NCBI GenBank assembly: GCA_038087875.1
Contig: CM075992.1
Coordinates: 7,876,001 to 7,940,000 of the forward strand
Reading direction: 5' to 3'
DNA: 64,000 bases
Source of the DNA: Malacoraja senta
Lineage: Eukaryota
The translations under genes and the position numbers were made by a program. Below are positions 63,868 to 64,000 of this stretch, one piece after another. Numbering within the stretch: position 1 is the stretch's first letter; each line of letters begins with the position of its first letter. The notes below the pieces were generated by a model that did no database searches, was not told where the DNA came from, and saw only the letters and a list, made by a program, of their open reading frames with translations.

Positions 63868-64000
63868 TGCCAGGTAATGATAATATCCAACAAGAAATTA
63901 GCTAGAAATATGACCATCAATGGCATTACCATCACCAAATTCCCCACAATCAATATCCTGGGGTCACCATTGACCCAAAAATTGAACTGGAGTAGTAATT

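Larger units (their letters stand above)
62100..64000 (+). mobile_element. Old CR1/L2-group LINE ORF2 interrupted by CR1 (62480-63115, minus) and PLE (63658-63867)
   Basis: FAKVFSQNCQIDDPSQPPP, DPDNILAIILKTCTPEL, MWKIAHV, VPQGDVPGPTIFICVINNLPS and GVFAD. Confidence 0.7.

Noticed and set aside
1..64000. Prokaryotic operon, defence system, LTR/retroviral or endogenous viral genes
   Set aside because: No gene-dense organisation and no gag, integrase or capsid motifs seen; all recognisable coding sequence is LINE, PLE or Tc1.

Overview
This is eukaryotic, AT-rich, repeat-dense vertebrate DNA. The repeat set (abundant CR1 LINEs, HE1-type V-SINEs with CR1 tails, a SacSINE1-like DeuSINE, Penelope-like 3' ends) points to a cartilaginous fish, probably a skate or ray; that assignment is inferred. 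I recognise no host protein-coding gene, so the window is probably intronic or intergenic. Almost all long ORFs in the track are transposon-derived or chance. Contents: (1) many CR1 fragments, two of them young with nearly intact RT ORFs; (2) L2, RTE, Rex1/Babar and a second CR1/L2-group LINE; (3) V-SINEs; (4) three Tc1 copies from two IR/DR families and a PIF/Harbinger MITE; (5) three Helitron-type 3' ends; (6) a GC-rich non-coding retroposon group with Rex/Babar-type tails; (7) about 15 Penelope-like (PLE) 3'-end insertions. The PLE insertions are the most interesting signal. They carry a minimal hammerhead-ribozyme motif (CTGAAGA-A-stem II-GAAAC-GTH), often occur as inverted fold-backs with 11-14 bp target duplications, and one has captured a 208-bp copy of DNA from 1.7 kb away. 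Two weak candidate minus-strand exons are noted at low confidence. Family names come from motif recognition, not database searches, and boundaries of old repeats are approximate.
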